DNA of 63,874 nucleotides, filler included, from Phoronis australis (Eukaryota; Animalia; Phoronida), in the NCBI GenBank assembly GCA_002633005.1. It is 14 parts of 14 records of this genome, joined end to end, with 100 filler letters (N's around TTAATTAATTAA, not from the genome) between each part and the next. Parts side by side here need not be neighbours in the genome. Positions count along the whole stretch, not along the records: positions 28,114 to 33,324 come from NMRA01002389.1; positions 33,425 to 36,335 come from NMRA01003327.1; positions 36,436 to 40,091 come from NMRA01002911.1; positions 40,192 to 48,328 come from NMRA01000342.1; 10 more parts are not named here. One strand, 5' to 3'. Of the stretch, positions 28,330-41,531 are shown piece by piece. Numbering within the stretch: position 1 is the stretch's first letter; the number at the start of each line of letters is the position of its first letter. Both the position numbers and the translations under genes were made by a program. Below the pieces are notes generated by a model, which saw nothing but the letters and a program-made list of their open reading frames with translations, did no database searches and was not told the DNA's origin.

Positions 28330-29459
28330 TAAGCTACCTATACTGTCCCTTTAAGGATATGTAGGACCAGAGAAAGATGCCCAAATTTGGTTAACTTTGC
28401 AACATTATATCTCAGAAATGGCAGGCTAAATTTTAATAGAACTTTCGTACATTATGCTCTATGCACAGTGCTCCAAAATATTGCTAGGAATTGTCTTCAA
28501 AATGATCCACTTTCACATGAGGGGCTATCAAAAATGGACTGTAAAAATTTTTGAGATTTCACCAAGAATGTTTAAATATCAAACAAAATTTAGTCATGTT
28601 GCTGATATTGTTGTTTTGCTGTGAATGTTTCTTCTCTTTTGCTCAAATTTACTAAAAAGACATGGTCATGTTTCGGGTACACAGAGGCAGACCACAAAAA
28701 AAAACAATAAAAATGGTCACAAGTGGTGCGGAGTGTCAAAGCCATCCCAAAACGGGAAGGTGCTATAGTCTTCATAACAGAAACTAGTTTGCCATAAACC
28801 GTCAAGGATTTCTGAAGATACAGAGGCAAAGGTAAAAACTAAAACTGTCACTAGAGGGCACAGCGGTAGTCAGAGCCATCCAAAAGTCGTTGGCAGCTGT
28901 CGTCACATTTATTGGTCTTGATAACAATTGCAAAATTTTACAAAGCTTCTGCAAAAGATTAAGAGGACTTAACCACATTATGCAAAAAGATAAAATCACC
29001 ACTAGGGGGTGCTACAGTTGTCAAGCCTGTACAAAATCAACATCAGTCACAGCCTTCTCATCAGAAACACATCTGGTAAGTCTTTAAAATGATCCTATGA
29101 GTGCTTTGGTGGATAGAGAGGTGGATGCCAAAATGGACATAACATTTTTTTAAATGCCAAGTCTATATAAAAGGAGAAGGCGTTGTCATCTCCATAATAG
29201 GTACCTACTTGCCAAATTTCATGCAAATCTATCACGGAACTCCAAAAATACAGAAGCAGACGTAAAATAACTAAAATTGCCACTGGGGACACAGCGGTTA
29301 TTAGACCAGTTCGAAATTTACCATAGTCTGCTGCCAGCGTCATAGGAACACACCTGCCAAATCTCATTGATTCCATGCAAGGGGTTTAGGAGATACAGCT
29401 GCAAATGGCAGATGCTTAAAGGCGACTGCAATACGCACCCATATGTGGGCACATAAAAA
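28330..29459 (-). mobile_element. Diverged HINE-like element with degenerate ~150-bp monomers
   Basis: The minus-strand head TTTTTATGTGCCCACATATGGGTGC resembles the head at 23286. CACTAG(A/G)GGG motifs recur at ~28850, 29000 and 29280. Confidence 0.55.
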
Positions 29460-30759
29460 GACTTGTCTCGTTACTGGCTCAAGGTCAATTATTTTATTGA
29501 AATCAGAAGCAAGATGGCACTGCGGCAGCCATTTTCTTATTTTTGCAGTCATAGCTCGCTGTACCCTGAGGGATCTTTTTGAAATTTGATACGTGGTAAG
29601 ATCTCGTCATGGCGCTTTTTGTTTCGCTACAACTTACCATTCTCAAGTTAATCATGATTTCCAGATAACAGTTCTTTTATAGACTGATTTCTCATGAAGT
29701 ATCTCCAGCATCCAGTGACAGATCTTTAAGAAATTTGGTATGTAAACAGATCTCGTCAAGACAAAACAGAAATGTAGGATTGTTTTTCGGTCTGAATTAC
29801 CGTTGTTGAGTTCTTCCGGATTTAATGAAAAGATCTCAACAGTTGAACTTCTGTTTGTTTATCATACACACACAGGTCACACGTTTTGCCAAATCAACCC
29901 GAACTTTACACACATAGACTCAGCTAGTGAAAAGCTCGAGGAAGCAAGATGGAACTGCGACAGCCATTTTACAAAGCTCTAGCTCTGTGCTCATTTGAAG
30001 GAATCTTCTAAAAGTTAGTAGCTACGTGGATAGACTTCGTCAAGTGCTATCCGAAGTGTATGATACATCCATGAGAAATTTATGATTTTCTGATTCAATG
30101 ATAGCGCTCTTTTATTGACACTTTTTTGGTTTATCTTTAACTGTACAAGATTACGAACGTTTTTTTTTTAATTTCTTTAAATGTCCTCTCTAGAAAGCTT
30201 TCATTTCACTTTGGTTGCACTTTCATTCCGACAAGACACATTAGGCCTAAACCAAAAGCTAGCACTTTCACGGACAGCAGGCTTATCGCTGCCTTAGGGT
30301 TATCATTTTGCTAACCTGAACTCTTTTAAAATTGATTATCATTCAGTAGTGCAATAGGGGCAAAATTACATTCACAGATGGAATAAAAATAACGTTTTTT
30401 TAACTTCACTTTCATTTCTTTACATTTTGTTTAATAAACAAAATGTAATGAAAAATAGATCAAGATATCAACATGTCGTGAACACATCCACTAAAACAAG
30501 AAACTGTAGGAACACTGCATTTATCCACCTTCACTCTTATCAGGCTTCTATTGTGAGTCAGCATGCGTGAATAATTGGCTGATAAGCCACCTCTGGAACT
30601 ACTTTTGGCTGAATGGATGACCAGGCCATAAAATGATAATATTAGCCAAGACCAGTTACTAATGCAACAAAGAATAATGTCGTAGTATCACCTAGCCTTG
30701 GTGGAAAGCTGTATACTGTATTGGCTCTAATAAACGCTTAGAAAAAATCATTTCACGGG

Positions 30760-30855
30760 GAGGGGATTCTTATTGTAGCCTACGGCAGTTGAAAGCCGGT
30801 TTCCCAAACGGGTAAAATCGGAAGCTAGGATTCATAAAATTTACGCTTTGTGACG
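30760..30855. repeat. Interspersed repeat; inverted copy at ~50360-50460
   Basis: TGTAGCCTACGGC...CGGAAGCTAGGATTCAT.AAATTTACGC is matched in reverse complement by GCGTAAATTTGATGAATCCTAGCTTCCG...GCCGTAGGCTACA. Confidence 0.75.
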
Positions 30856-31320
30856 AATTTTTAGCCTATGACAGTCTTTCTACAAAANATCTCTTATCCT
30901 GGGCCGATTTGAAAAATTCAAAGTTGTACTCATATTTGTTTTCGCTCCTCTTTTCAAATATTACAGTAAAAACTACGTAAAACTCTCACCATAAAAAGTA
31001 CAGTCTGCTAGCTAGATTGTAATCAGCTGATCATATCCGCATGGGCGAAGCCAATTATCCTCGCTCGTGACTCGATGACTAGAGCAGACTGGCGGCATCC
31101 CTTTGATCGTGAGCCGAGTGCGACTCAGCCAAGGTGGATAAATACGGTCTACTTCAATTTTCCATACCCCGCCGTTTACCTTAACCACTGGGGTTAGAAC
31201 CAATTTTATTTAGTGGGAATGTTCATAGCATGAAAAGGCCAAAACAGTCCACTAATACTTCCCCATACTTCCCAAGATATTATCTCATTCATCAGCTGGA
31301 CACCATAAAGGCCTCTTACT

Positions 31321-31611
31321 GGTCTGGACAACAATAGTCCCTTACCACAGTGCCTGGACTACAATAGTCCATTACCACAGTGCCTGGACTACAATAGTCC
31401 CTTACCACAGTGCCTGGACTACAATAGTCCCTTACCACAGTGCCTGGACTACAATAGTCCCTTACCACAGTGCCTAGACTACAATAGTCCCTTACCACAG
31501 TGCCTGGACTACAATAGGCCCTTATAGCCACAGTGCCTGGACTACAATTAAGTCCCTTACCACAGTGCCTGGACTACAATAGGCCCTTATAGCCATAGTG
31601 CTTGGACTACA
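31321..31611. repeat. 30-bp minisatellite, ~9.5 copies
   Basis: Unit CTTACCACAGTGCCTGGACTACAATAGTCC; the distal copies carry small insertions. Confidence 0.97.
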
Positions 31612-32086
31612 AGCTCATACTGTTTGAGGATTAGAGGACAGAGATGTGTGTCAGTGATAAGCACATCCTGTTTGTGGCAACATTCTTTCCCCACCATTTT
31701 AGATAGCATGGACCATGAAAACNGGGGGGGTAACTTGACTTGTGAACAACACAGCTTAGTAGAGGAATGGGGGCAGAGCCAGTCATGTCCAGACTAAAAC
31801 ATGTGCTCCATAGCTACATCCGAGTCACCGGGTTAACACGTATGGATTTTGCCGAGACGACTTTGGCTGACACGCGAGAAACATTTAATTGTTGATAGTT
31901 TGATAAAACAGAACATCTGTTTTTTTCCAATAAGCGTTTAGAACCTTACGATATAGATCACATGCTGCCTTGTAACTTACACGAGAGCTAGCTCATGGCA
32001 GTTCCATATATTGCTTGACAACCATATATTGCTTGACAACATGCTCCAGGTGTAAAAGTGACTGTCTGGTAAGACAAGCCTATTAA

Positions 32087-33324
32087 AGGAGAATGCCACC
32101 CAAAAAACAACCTATTTTGTATCAATTTAGATCGAGTAGTTCTACTCGATAAGGGCAGGTACGGTTGCGTTACCTGACACCTGACGGCAGACGGAGGTGT
32201 TGAAATTATCCAATGATGTCATCGGTTTCACACGCAGTCTGTTCAACAGTTCACAACATGGGTTACTGGTGTCAGCCTATCGCTTCAATTCATCGTTTAA
32301 CACCAATAAATCATCAAACTTAGATGTAAAACCCTTAAAAATAAACAGAGTTCTGATAAAAACGTGTTGTTTTATTTCGCTGTTACAGATTTACTGGTAT
32401 TTCGACACACCGTAGCCTAAAAAGTTCGTCAGGCCAATTTACCAAGGTCCGTACCAGGAGTTTGGGGTCTGTTCAGAGATAAATTCGAAGTAATCTTCCG
32501 TGAAATACAGACAGGAGAGCCTAGATCTGTGTATACTTGTGATTTTTTTTTGAGTTCTAAACACACAAAAGGCTTGTTTTCCCGGCCAGTGGCTCAGAAC
32601 CCGATCAGGCCCGTCACGGCCGGACTGACTCGTTATCCCGGCCAGTGGCTCGGAACCTGATCAGGCTCATCGGGACTGGCACAAAGTTAAACCAGTTTCA
32701 GTTGGAAACTAAACCTCCAGTAACGAAAAGACTATAATAGTGAGCCAAAGAAATAATGTGCACGTAATTATTTATGTGAATTAGCCACGAAACTGAAAAT
32801 CTACTCACTTGTCAAGGGCCGCGAAGTCGGGTTACCCTTCCACAGACCGTCAGGGCAAAGGTTGTACAGTAACAATGACTTGAATATTGTATTTCGAAAT
32901 AAAGATTTCCCTAACATGTGACCATAGCATATAAAATAGAGCAATTGTTTCACAACAGCTGTCTGTCAGCAAACACTGAATTAGCGTGCGCCGGTAACGC
33001 ATTGGTTTATTCATTGCTGGCTTCTCAAAACAATAATTTTGCACTCACAAGTACTCCAAGGCAATACAAATTGTATCTAATGAGACAGACTTTGTTTCAG
33101 TTTCATATAAGCATTGGTTAGGATAATTTAAGGATGAAAATAATTCATTTTGAAACAGAACGCAGAATAGTAAACGTCTACATGGCAACTCGCCCGGCGT
33201 CAATCCTGACTTAGTCAAGAGCTCATCCGACGAAGACTTCACGGGTCGTATCGTTAGGCTTCACAGGCTATCAGTTCGAACCGGAATACACTGATCAAGA
33301 AATACTACAGAAGCGTCATGAACA
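32087..33324 (+). mobile_element. Kolobok-like DNA transposon left end with decayed accessory (KolX-like) ORF start
   Basis: Terminus TTAA|AGGAGAATGCCACC. At ~33220-33324 the frameshifted peptides SSSDEDF / GFTGYQFEPEYTDQEI resemble the acidic YQFEP N-termini of Kolobok second proteins. Confidence 0.5.
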
Positions 33325-33424
33325 NNNNNNNNNNNNNNNNNNNNNNNNNNNNNNNNNNNNNNNNNNNNTTAATTAATTAANNNNNNNNNNNNNNNNNNNN
33401 NNNNNNNNNNNNNNNNNNNNNNNN

Positions 33425-34629
33425 TACAATGCTTGTGCTGTTCAGAGTTCGACGAGGCCAAGCCACTACTGGACATGGTTAAGTGGACCTCCGGCATACC
33501 GCTGACAGAGGAACAACTGTCCCACTTGCCAGAGTGTCCCGCGACACACTCCCACTGGATGGTGACCTGAGCACCCAAACTGCTTACATCGTGTCGTGTG
33601 ACTCCCTCGCCCCACACCTGGCACCTTCTAAATAGACAAGTCCACAATAAACTTATCAAAGTGTGGCTCACCGATCTGTTCACTGAACGATGAACTGTCC
33701 TCTTCACTGTGTGTCGAACTGGGCCTGTAATCACTCCCACTACTCAATATCGCTGCAAGGCTGCTTAGAGGCTCTGGACTAGAGAAAACAGCACAGGGCG
33801 AATCACAACTGGTTCCAGGAATTGCACGCTCTGGGGTACGTTCGGAGGCACGGGTGACAGTAGATGAAGTGGCCTCCACTGGCTCCAGTCACTGTACTGG
33901 CCACAGCTCGCGAGGCTTCTCGCTTCAAAAACGCACTTCTCGGGTGTGGCGACGGGGCACTGCCGGAAATCAACACAGACGGAGTTTTAAAGGCTGGATG
34001 GGACACTCTGACTTCGTGACTGGCAGGGACAGGGTGGGCTACTGACTACATGGGCGTGGCGACGGGGCACTGCCGGGAATCAACACAGATGGAATGTCAT
34101 CCTTCTTCAGACGTTGTTTCGCAGGGACCTTCATCAGTTCATCGTACAAATCCTTTTCGTAATCGGACGGCAGAAAGTGCTTGCCACACACACGATAATT
34201 CTCCACTGCTTTGTACGTTGTGTAGACGGGTAACGCTGCGTTCTTCACACGAACGAGCCAAGTACGGCGAAGTGTGTCATCCATCAGAAAGCGATGCAAA
34301 GGTACTCCCAAAGCGCGCGTGAGCCGATAATTAGTACATCCTGGTACGCAGCAACAATGTGGCATGTTGACTGACTAGTAAATGAAAGCAAACGACGACG
34401 GAACTTAACACAACCGAGGGAAAACAATGACTGACTCGGCAGCTCTCACAGTCAGACTATATGAGAAGAAATTGGTGCGAAATGCTTGCCTCCTAAAACG
34501 TCACTTCCGGAGTAGTGGGCGAGTAATTAAAAAAATTACGAAAATCTGTAATTAAGTGGAAAATATGTCTAGAATAACCAATCAACCTTATTTTAGCTCA
34601 AAATGACATGGAAAAGGTTGCCTTCGCCT
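33425..34629 (-). mobile_element. Kolobok-like DNA transposon end carrying a degraded THAP transposase 5' region
   Basis: Terminus GGTTGCCTTCGCCT|TTAA at 34629 lies upstream of the THAP ORF. Downstream, broken frames give KFIV..CLFRRCQ...WECVAGHSGKWDS. Confidence 0.7.
34039..34365 (-). pseudogene. THAP (C2CH) zinc-finger ORF, transposase N-terminus
   Basis: MPHCCCVPGC...LHRF...RRTW...RVCGKHFLPSDY...RLKKDDIPSV shows the THAP C-C-W-C-H pattern and an AVPTIF-like box. It ends in a premature stop, with a ~45-bp local duplication (33945 vs 34056). Confidence 0.9.
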
Positions 34630-35602
34630 TTAAGGCACGAGAGTCCTATGGTAGCTCTAGAATAGAACTTAAGGCTTATGAAGCCTTTATTTTGAACTGC
34701 TTCTGTTCAAAAACAAAATGCTAAATTTCACTTGTCTGCCATATTGTGTAAGAAATTGGGAGAGTTCATCATAATTTAATGAATTCCAAGGCTGAGTCAT
34801 CTCTCCTGGGTTTTACCTGTTCATCTACAATATCAGCTAGTATACAACATGTATTCAATCATATTGAGTTACTTTTGAACTCAAATTCTTTTTAAAGTTC
34901 ATCGTGCACTGAAGGTCATTAATTGTCTGAATTTTTGATGTGATTCTGTGAACTTACACNACTCGTGAACACAGTCTCATGAACATTTACATTCATTCTC
35001 ATTATTTCAGCAAAGAAAGAGAAACTTCCTTATGTCAACTTCTTGCAGCACATAGCATTTTGCATATTGAATTCATTCTGCAACCAAGATGTCTTCGATG
35101 TTGTTTGTATGGACATACAACACAGGTGTGTCTTCTTTGGATGGAGGTTGGTACGCATTGCAGAATCTACATTCAACAGGACAAAGAAGCCAATTAGAGG
35201 TAGTGTTTTAATAGGAATGAGGTGAATCAAAGTCATATCGAGCCCCACGTTGAATGGTTAAAAGTGACCAACTTCAACTTGATAAAAGAAGAACGAAGCT
35301 ATTAATTTGGCTGAAAATAACACCTATATACCACATTTTCAGCCTGAAATGGCCAATGCAACCGTTAAATAGCCCATTCAGTTATTCAGCACATGTTGAA
35401 TAACATTTTGTAAGGAAACCGTGACCGTTTTTCGTACCTGCTCCGCAAGAGTTTCGAGTCGTCAACAATACACCACTCAGCAGCTGACGTCATTGAACGT
35501 GAAAATATAGTACTTAAATGAGCATGCGCAACAAACGGCATTTTACTGACATTATGAAAAATAAGATGCACATTTGCAATAAAAGCAACATCTTTTATTC
35601 AG

Positions 35603-35857
35603 GGGCCCGTTCCAACAAAACTGAATTAGCTAACTTAAGACAAATCTTAAATTTTAGTAAATTTTTAAATAAAAGTTAAATTTGTCTCAAAACCAATTAA
35701 AGAAAGAGATCTTAAGTTTGACTTAAAATGTTTGACATCAGTTTTTCCTTAATTTTGACAAACTTAACGAATGTGGAAGTTTCAAAGTTTGGAAGTTAAG
35801 ACAAAGCTTAAACTTAAGTCAAAAATGAACTTAAGTCAGTTTCCGAGGAACAGGCCC
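35603..35857. mobile_element. MITE, PIF/Harbinger-like, 3-bp CAG TSD
   Basis: CAG|GGGCCCGTTCCAACAAAACTGA ... TCAGTTTCCGAGGAACAGGCCC|CAG; the AT-rich interior has repeated CTTAA motifs. Confidence 0.75.
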
Positions 35858-36154
35858 CAGATCCTTTGATTTAGACATCATACTCAGTAACCAGGGGTAA
35901 CTTACTTTAACAGACACTAGTTTCACGGTGAGCTTAAAACTTTTTAAAGATTCACTTTATTTCTATTTTGTTCAATTTTCATTTGGTTTTAAATAAAAAC
36001 ATCATTTTAACAAAAAATCGCCTTTTCGTGAAAGGTCACAACCTCCGACCCCAGACCTCTGACATAAAAAGTAGTCGCAAGAGCTGAGTCGAGTTGAGCA
36101 AAGTAGATCGATTTATTGCAATGTTTATCGTTCAGTATATGGTATCAATAAATT

Positions 36155-36275
36155 ATTACGTGTAGTCAGTCGTTATCCCGCTTATCTAGAGCCCTCGTGG
36201 ATTTTGAAGAATTCTCCAAATTCCACTCGGGCTCTAGATTAGTGTTATGGGGGATAACGACTTTGCCATGTAATA
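36155..36275. repeat. ~120-bp imperfect palindrome (MITE-like)
   Basis: GTCGTTATCCC..TCTAGAGCCC.CGTGGA is mirrored by TCCACTCGGGCTCTAGA..GGGATAACGAC. Confidence 0.75.
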
Positions 36276-37777
36276 ATCTTTATGTATGAGCTCCATTTGA
36301 CCATCAAGAAAACAGCTGTTATCTTGTCTTTTATGNNNNNNNNNNNNNNNNNNNNNNNNNNNNNNNNNNNNNNNNNNNNTTAATTAATTAANNNNNNNNN
36401 NNNNNNNNNNNNNNNNNNNNNNNNNNNNNNNNNNNTCACCTTTCAAAACAAGGAGATGCTCCTTATCCTTGGAGGCATCCATCTTTGCCGCATAAAAACA
36501 ACCTCAGCACTGGACCACATAGAGTTACGTAAAATTAAATAATCTGCTTTATTTTTTATTTTATTTTGACATTTATAAACATTTTTATTTTACTACTTAG
36601 ATGAAGTTGTGAAAATACGCCGGTTTTGCGTTTTTACTACAGACTATTGCGCTTAATTTCAACTTTGAAAATGTGTTGTGGGGTGGATAAATTTAGGTGC
36701 GCTACCTAGCGAGAGTTGAAGTGCCGTTATGGCTGCAAGCGGGCCAAAGTACTCGAGTTTTGGAGCTCAATCGCATGAAAACAACAATCAGAATGTAAGT
36801 GTGAAGACGGGTGGCACCATGTGCATTGTTTTCAAGTATTTGTGGAGTGCACGTGGTTAGAAAAATCTAATTCTAATGTTTTCTGAGGGTGTTTGGTTGT
36901 TCCATTAGTAACATTTCATTGGTCTACGCTAGGTGGTGCTCACGTATGTTTTGTTTTGACCACTGTTTATGTCTGTCGGAAATTGCAAAATAAAAATTGG
37001 AAAATCTACTTTTGTTCAAAATTCTTTAACTGGTCATCATGTGCTGTGCAGAATGAAAATTGAAACAATTGAAACCCGGTCTAAATGCAAAAATGACTAT
37101 TCATACTGGGGAGCCCAATGTTCGTCCGCCTAAGCATAAAACCGACTTGATGTTGTACTCACCGAATTATTCCACTTCAAAGTTATGATAGCGCTTAACA
37201 ATAACACGAGATGCCATTGAAAATCCCACCACGCTGTCCCAGATGCCCCAGCAATGTTGACAATTTACGTTCCTCCGAAACATAACGAGCAACTTCCGCT
37301 TTTCGAGGTGAACGTCGTCTGCAACGCCGAGGTAAGAAAGGAATTTGCCACGGAAATTTTATATCAAATCCGATTTTTTTACGCGGAAATATTATAAAAC
37401 AAGAGCAACGCAGAGCGTTGAAATGCGCCCACAATTGCACCGCATACGGTATCCTTCTAGGGTTGTTTATAAAGTGGCCAGTAGAGGGCATATATGTAGT
37501 ATGTTGTACTTAGCAAAATGGAAAGGCATATTGGTCATTGTCTCCTCAATAGGCTAGGGGCAAAATGTGAGTAATCTTCATAATACAAGCACATCCTATA
37601 CACCAGTTGCTTAAAGCACCACAGAAACATAGAATTAAAAACAAATTTACCAACATACGAGATTAGCACAGCACTAGAATGCCAGAAACAAATTTCTACT
37701 TGGAACTTTTTCTTCATAGTCATGAAGTAACACAAAGTATACACCTGAAGACCTATGAAAATACAGAGGTCAATGTA

Positions 37778-40091
37778 AAATACTAAAATTGCCACTAGAG
37801 GCAAATACTAAAATTGCCACTAGAGGCATACCGGTAGTCATGCAGAATCATTATAAAGTCGTCATCGTCCGTTGTCAACATCACATAAATACACTTGCTA
37901 AATTTAGTAAAGATCCTGCAAACGGTTTGGGAGATACAGCCATGGGCGCAAAAAAAACAAAACTGCCACTAGGAGAAGCAATTGCCACTAGAGGCAAATA
38001 CTAAAATTGCCACTAGAGGCATACCGGTAGTCAGAATCATCCTAAAGTCGTCATCATCTGTTGTCAACATCACATAAATACACTTGCTAAATTTAGTAAA
38101 GATCCTGCAAACGGTTTGGGAGATACAGCCATGGGCGCAAAAAAAACAAAACTACCACTAGGAGGCGCCACAGTAGTCCAAATCGTCTGAAAATCATTGT
38201 CAGCTGTCTTCCTTGTAGTAAGCACATACACGGCAATTTTCACAATCATCCTTTGAGCGGTTTGATTGATAGAGGGGTGGACGCAAAAATACAGACTCGA
38301 AAACACTAAAAATGGCCACTAGGTGGCGCAAACTATGTCAAATCCATCTAAAAACGGGAGGATAGCGTCATCTCACTAAAAGGTGCCTACATACCAAATT
38401 TCATGAAAATCCGTTAAGGACTTGTGAAGATACAAAGGTAAGCGTAAAAAATCAAAATTGCCACTAGGGGGCACACCGGTAGTCGGATCCGTCCAAAAGT
38501 CGTCATCTGCCGTTGTTAACATCATATAAATATACTTATACAATTTCGTAAAGATCCTGCAAACGGTTTAGGAGAGACAGCCATAGGCGTAAAAAAAACA
38601 AAACTGCCACTAGGAGGCGCCGCAGTAGTCGAAATCGTTGGAAAATCATCGTCAACCGTCCTCTACATAGTAAGCATATACATGCCAATTTTCACAATAA
38701 AATACTTAAATTGCCACTAGAGGCATACCGGTAGTCGGAATCATCTTAAGTCGTCATCGTCCGTTGTCAACATCACATCAATACACTTGCTAAATTTAGT
38801 AAAGATCCTGCAAACGGTTTGGGAGATACAGCCATGGGCGCAAAAAAACTGCCACTAGGAGGCGCCACAGTAAGCAAAGTCATGGGAAAATTCAGCGTCA
38901 ACCGTCCTCTTCATAGTAAGAACAAACATGCCAATTTTCACAATCATACTTATAGCGGTTTGGTTGATAGAGGGGTGGATGCCAAAAAACAGACTCAAAA
39001 ACAGTAAAAATGGCCACTGGGTGTCGCAAACTAGGTCGAATCCATCCGAAAACGGGAGGATAGCGTCACCGCACTAATAGGTGCCTACACACCAAATTTC
39101 ATGAAAATCCGTTAAGGACTTGTGAAGATACAGAGGTAAACATAAAAAAACAAAATTGCCACTAGGGGGCACACTGGTAGGTGGATCAGTCCAAAAGTCG
39201 TCATTGTCTGTTGTTAACATCATATAAATACACTTATTAAATTTCATAAAGATCCTGCGAACGGTTTAGGAGATACAGCCATAGGCGCAAAAAAAACAAA
39301 ACTGCCACTAGGAGGCGCCACAGTAGTCCAAATCGTCTGAAAATCATTGTCAGCTGTCCTCTTTATAGTAAGCACATACACACCAATTTTCACAATCATC
39401 CTTTGAGCGGTTTGGTTGATAGAGGGGTAGACGCAAAAATACATAATCGAAAACAGTAAAAATGGCCACAAGGTGGCGCAAACTATGTCAAATTCATCCG
39501 AAAACGGGAGGATAGCGTCATCTCACTAATAGGTGCCTACATACCAAATTTCATGAAAATCCGTTAAGGACTTTTGAAGATACAAATGTAAGCGTAAAAA
39601 AATTAAAATTGCCACTAGGGGGCACACCGGTAGTCGGATCCGTCCAAAAGTCGTCATCTTCTGATGTTAACATCATATAAATATACTTACACAATTTCGT
39701 AAAGATCCTGCGAATGGTTTAGGAGATACAGCCATAGGCGCAAAAAAAAACAAAACTACCACTAGGAGGCACCACAGTAGTCGAAATCGTTGGAAAATCA
39801 TCGTCAACCGTCCTCTACATAGTACACATATACATGCCAATTTTCACAATCATCCTTTGAGCGGTTTGGTTGATAGAGGGGTGGACGCACAAAAACAGAC
39901 TCGAAAACACTAAAAATGGCCACTAGGTGGCGCAAACTATGTCCAATCCATCTGAAAACGGAAGGATAGCGTAATCTCACTAATAGGTGCCTACATACAA
40001 AATTTCATGAAAATGCGTTCAGGACTTTTGAAGATACAAAGGTAAGCGTAAAAAACTAAAATTGCCACTAGGGGGCACACCGGTAGTCGGA
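37778..40091. repeat. Satellite-like array of ~150-bp monomers with ~450-bp higher-order period
   Basis: GCCACTAG(G)-type motifs recur every ~145-160 bp. CCAAATTTCATGAAAAT-type landmarks fall at ~38394, 39092, 39544 and 39998. The same family occurs at 23286-23848 and 50908-51004. Confidence 0.92.
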
Positions 40092-40191
40092 NNNNNNNNN
40101 NNNNNNNNNNNNNNNNNNNNNNNNNNNNNNNNNNNTTAATTAATTAANNNNNNNNNNNNNNNNNNNNNNNNNNNNNNNNNNNNNNNNNNNN

Positions 40192-40414
40192 CTACCTGAC
40201 TCCGCTGGTTGACATTTTGCAAATGTCAACTAGCTGATCCAGGTATCATCACAAAAATACAAATGCTTGGTCCTACCTGACTCCGCTGGTTGACATTTTG
40301 CAAATGTCAACTAGCTGATCCAGGTATCATCACAAAAATACAAATGCTTGGTCCTACCTGACTCCGCTGGTTGACATTTTGCAAATGTCAACTAGCTGAT
40401 CCAGGTATCATCAC
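40192..40414. repeat. 81-bp tandem repeat (2.7 identical copies) with internal hairpin
   Basis: Units start at 40192, 40273 and 40354; each contains GTTGACATTT-TGC-AAATGTCAAC. Confidence 0.93.
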
Positions 40415-40706
40415 ACACACATTTTTAAACAGGCGGCGCCCTTCACGAAGAGCATTGGTTTCTGTTAGCTCATAAAATATAATAAATCAGGCACACGTAC
40501 CATGTCGAAATTCATCCAATGCCGCTGTCACAGTGCTTGAAAATCGAGAAATTCTCTGCTAAAACAAAAGCACTTCGACAGGATGTAAAGAAAGGGAATC
40601 CCTCTTGATAGAACGCATGCGCGTGAACTACGTCACTTCCACCTGGATTGGCTCGTTGACATTGTCCCGCTCCCGTCATGTACATGCATTGAAAGATCAC
40701 CCTTAC

Positions 40707-40838
40707 CCAATTGTTGTTTAGAATTTCTTAACGCAGGAACATCTGGTGTACCAATTTTCCAAGTGAACCCATTTTTCGGACGTTTTGTATATCCACACAG
40801 CTTGCCATCGTCAAAACGGCATTCGTTCAACGCAGCAA
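40707..40838 (-). CDS. Secreted MAM-domain-like protein, exon 2
   Basis: TTTTTCTTTTAG acceptor and G|GTAAGG donor, phase 1-1. VAALNECRFDDGKLCGYTKRPKNGFTWKIG matches the C-x-F-D/E-x3-C-G-Y/W...F-x-W start of MAM domains. Confidence 0.75.
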
Positions 40839-41531
40839 CTAAAAGAAAAAGAGTTACAGTCGTATTCTCTACAACAGGAAGTCTCCCGTGGGGCTCCACG
40901 TGACCAGCCAATTGTCAGTCTTGCAAGACATATAATTCTTCCACCTTCCTTCTAGTCAATCGGTTCGATGCAGTTTTCATTTATGAATGTTTTTTAATCT
41001 TGATATTTTGTGTTTTGGTGTTCGCCTACTACAAATCTACGAAATACTGAATTATTATACTCCGTTACATCCACATAAACAGAGACAGTTCTAGCAAAGA
41101 TGTGAGCTTCACACGAGTTCCTGGAATTTCATTTCTAATTAAATTAAATACTGAAATTATTTTAAAAAAGGATTAATTTTTACACGATGCCAGCTTTTCC
41201 TTTGAGATTTTTTAAAATTGTTAAAAGTGAAGGCTGAGAAACACATTAGTTAATACTTTGTTTCTCACGTCATCTATAGTATATCCCTCACTTGGATGAG
41301 ATCGGATAAGATCGTAGTGTGTCAGACACATTTGATCCTTTTTGGTAAATTACCTCTCAAACCAATTTTTTCGGAATCAGCTATTAGTCTATTGGACGTC
41401 TGGAGGCAGTTCCCTGGAATATTTCCTTTGAACTCGTCAACCCACTGGATATAAAATCTCTGACTTCCATTTTACATAAAAATCACTAATGCCGTTTAAA
41501 GTTATATTCCTTTATGAGTCAGGATACTTAC

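Noticed and set aside
31316-31531. Repetitive ORF (DYCSPGTVVR)n and CRISPR-like appearance
   Set aside because: It is the translation of a 30-bp head-to-tail minisatellite; there are no unique spacers and no cas genes.
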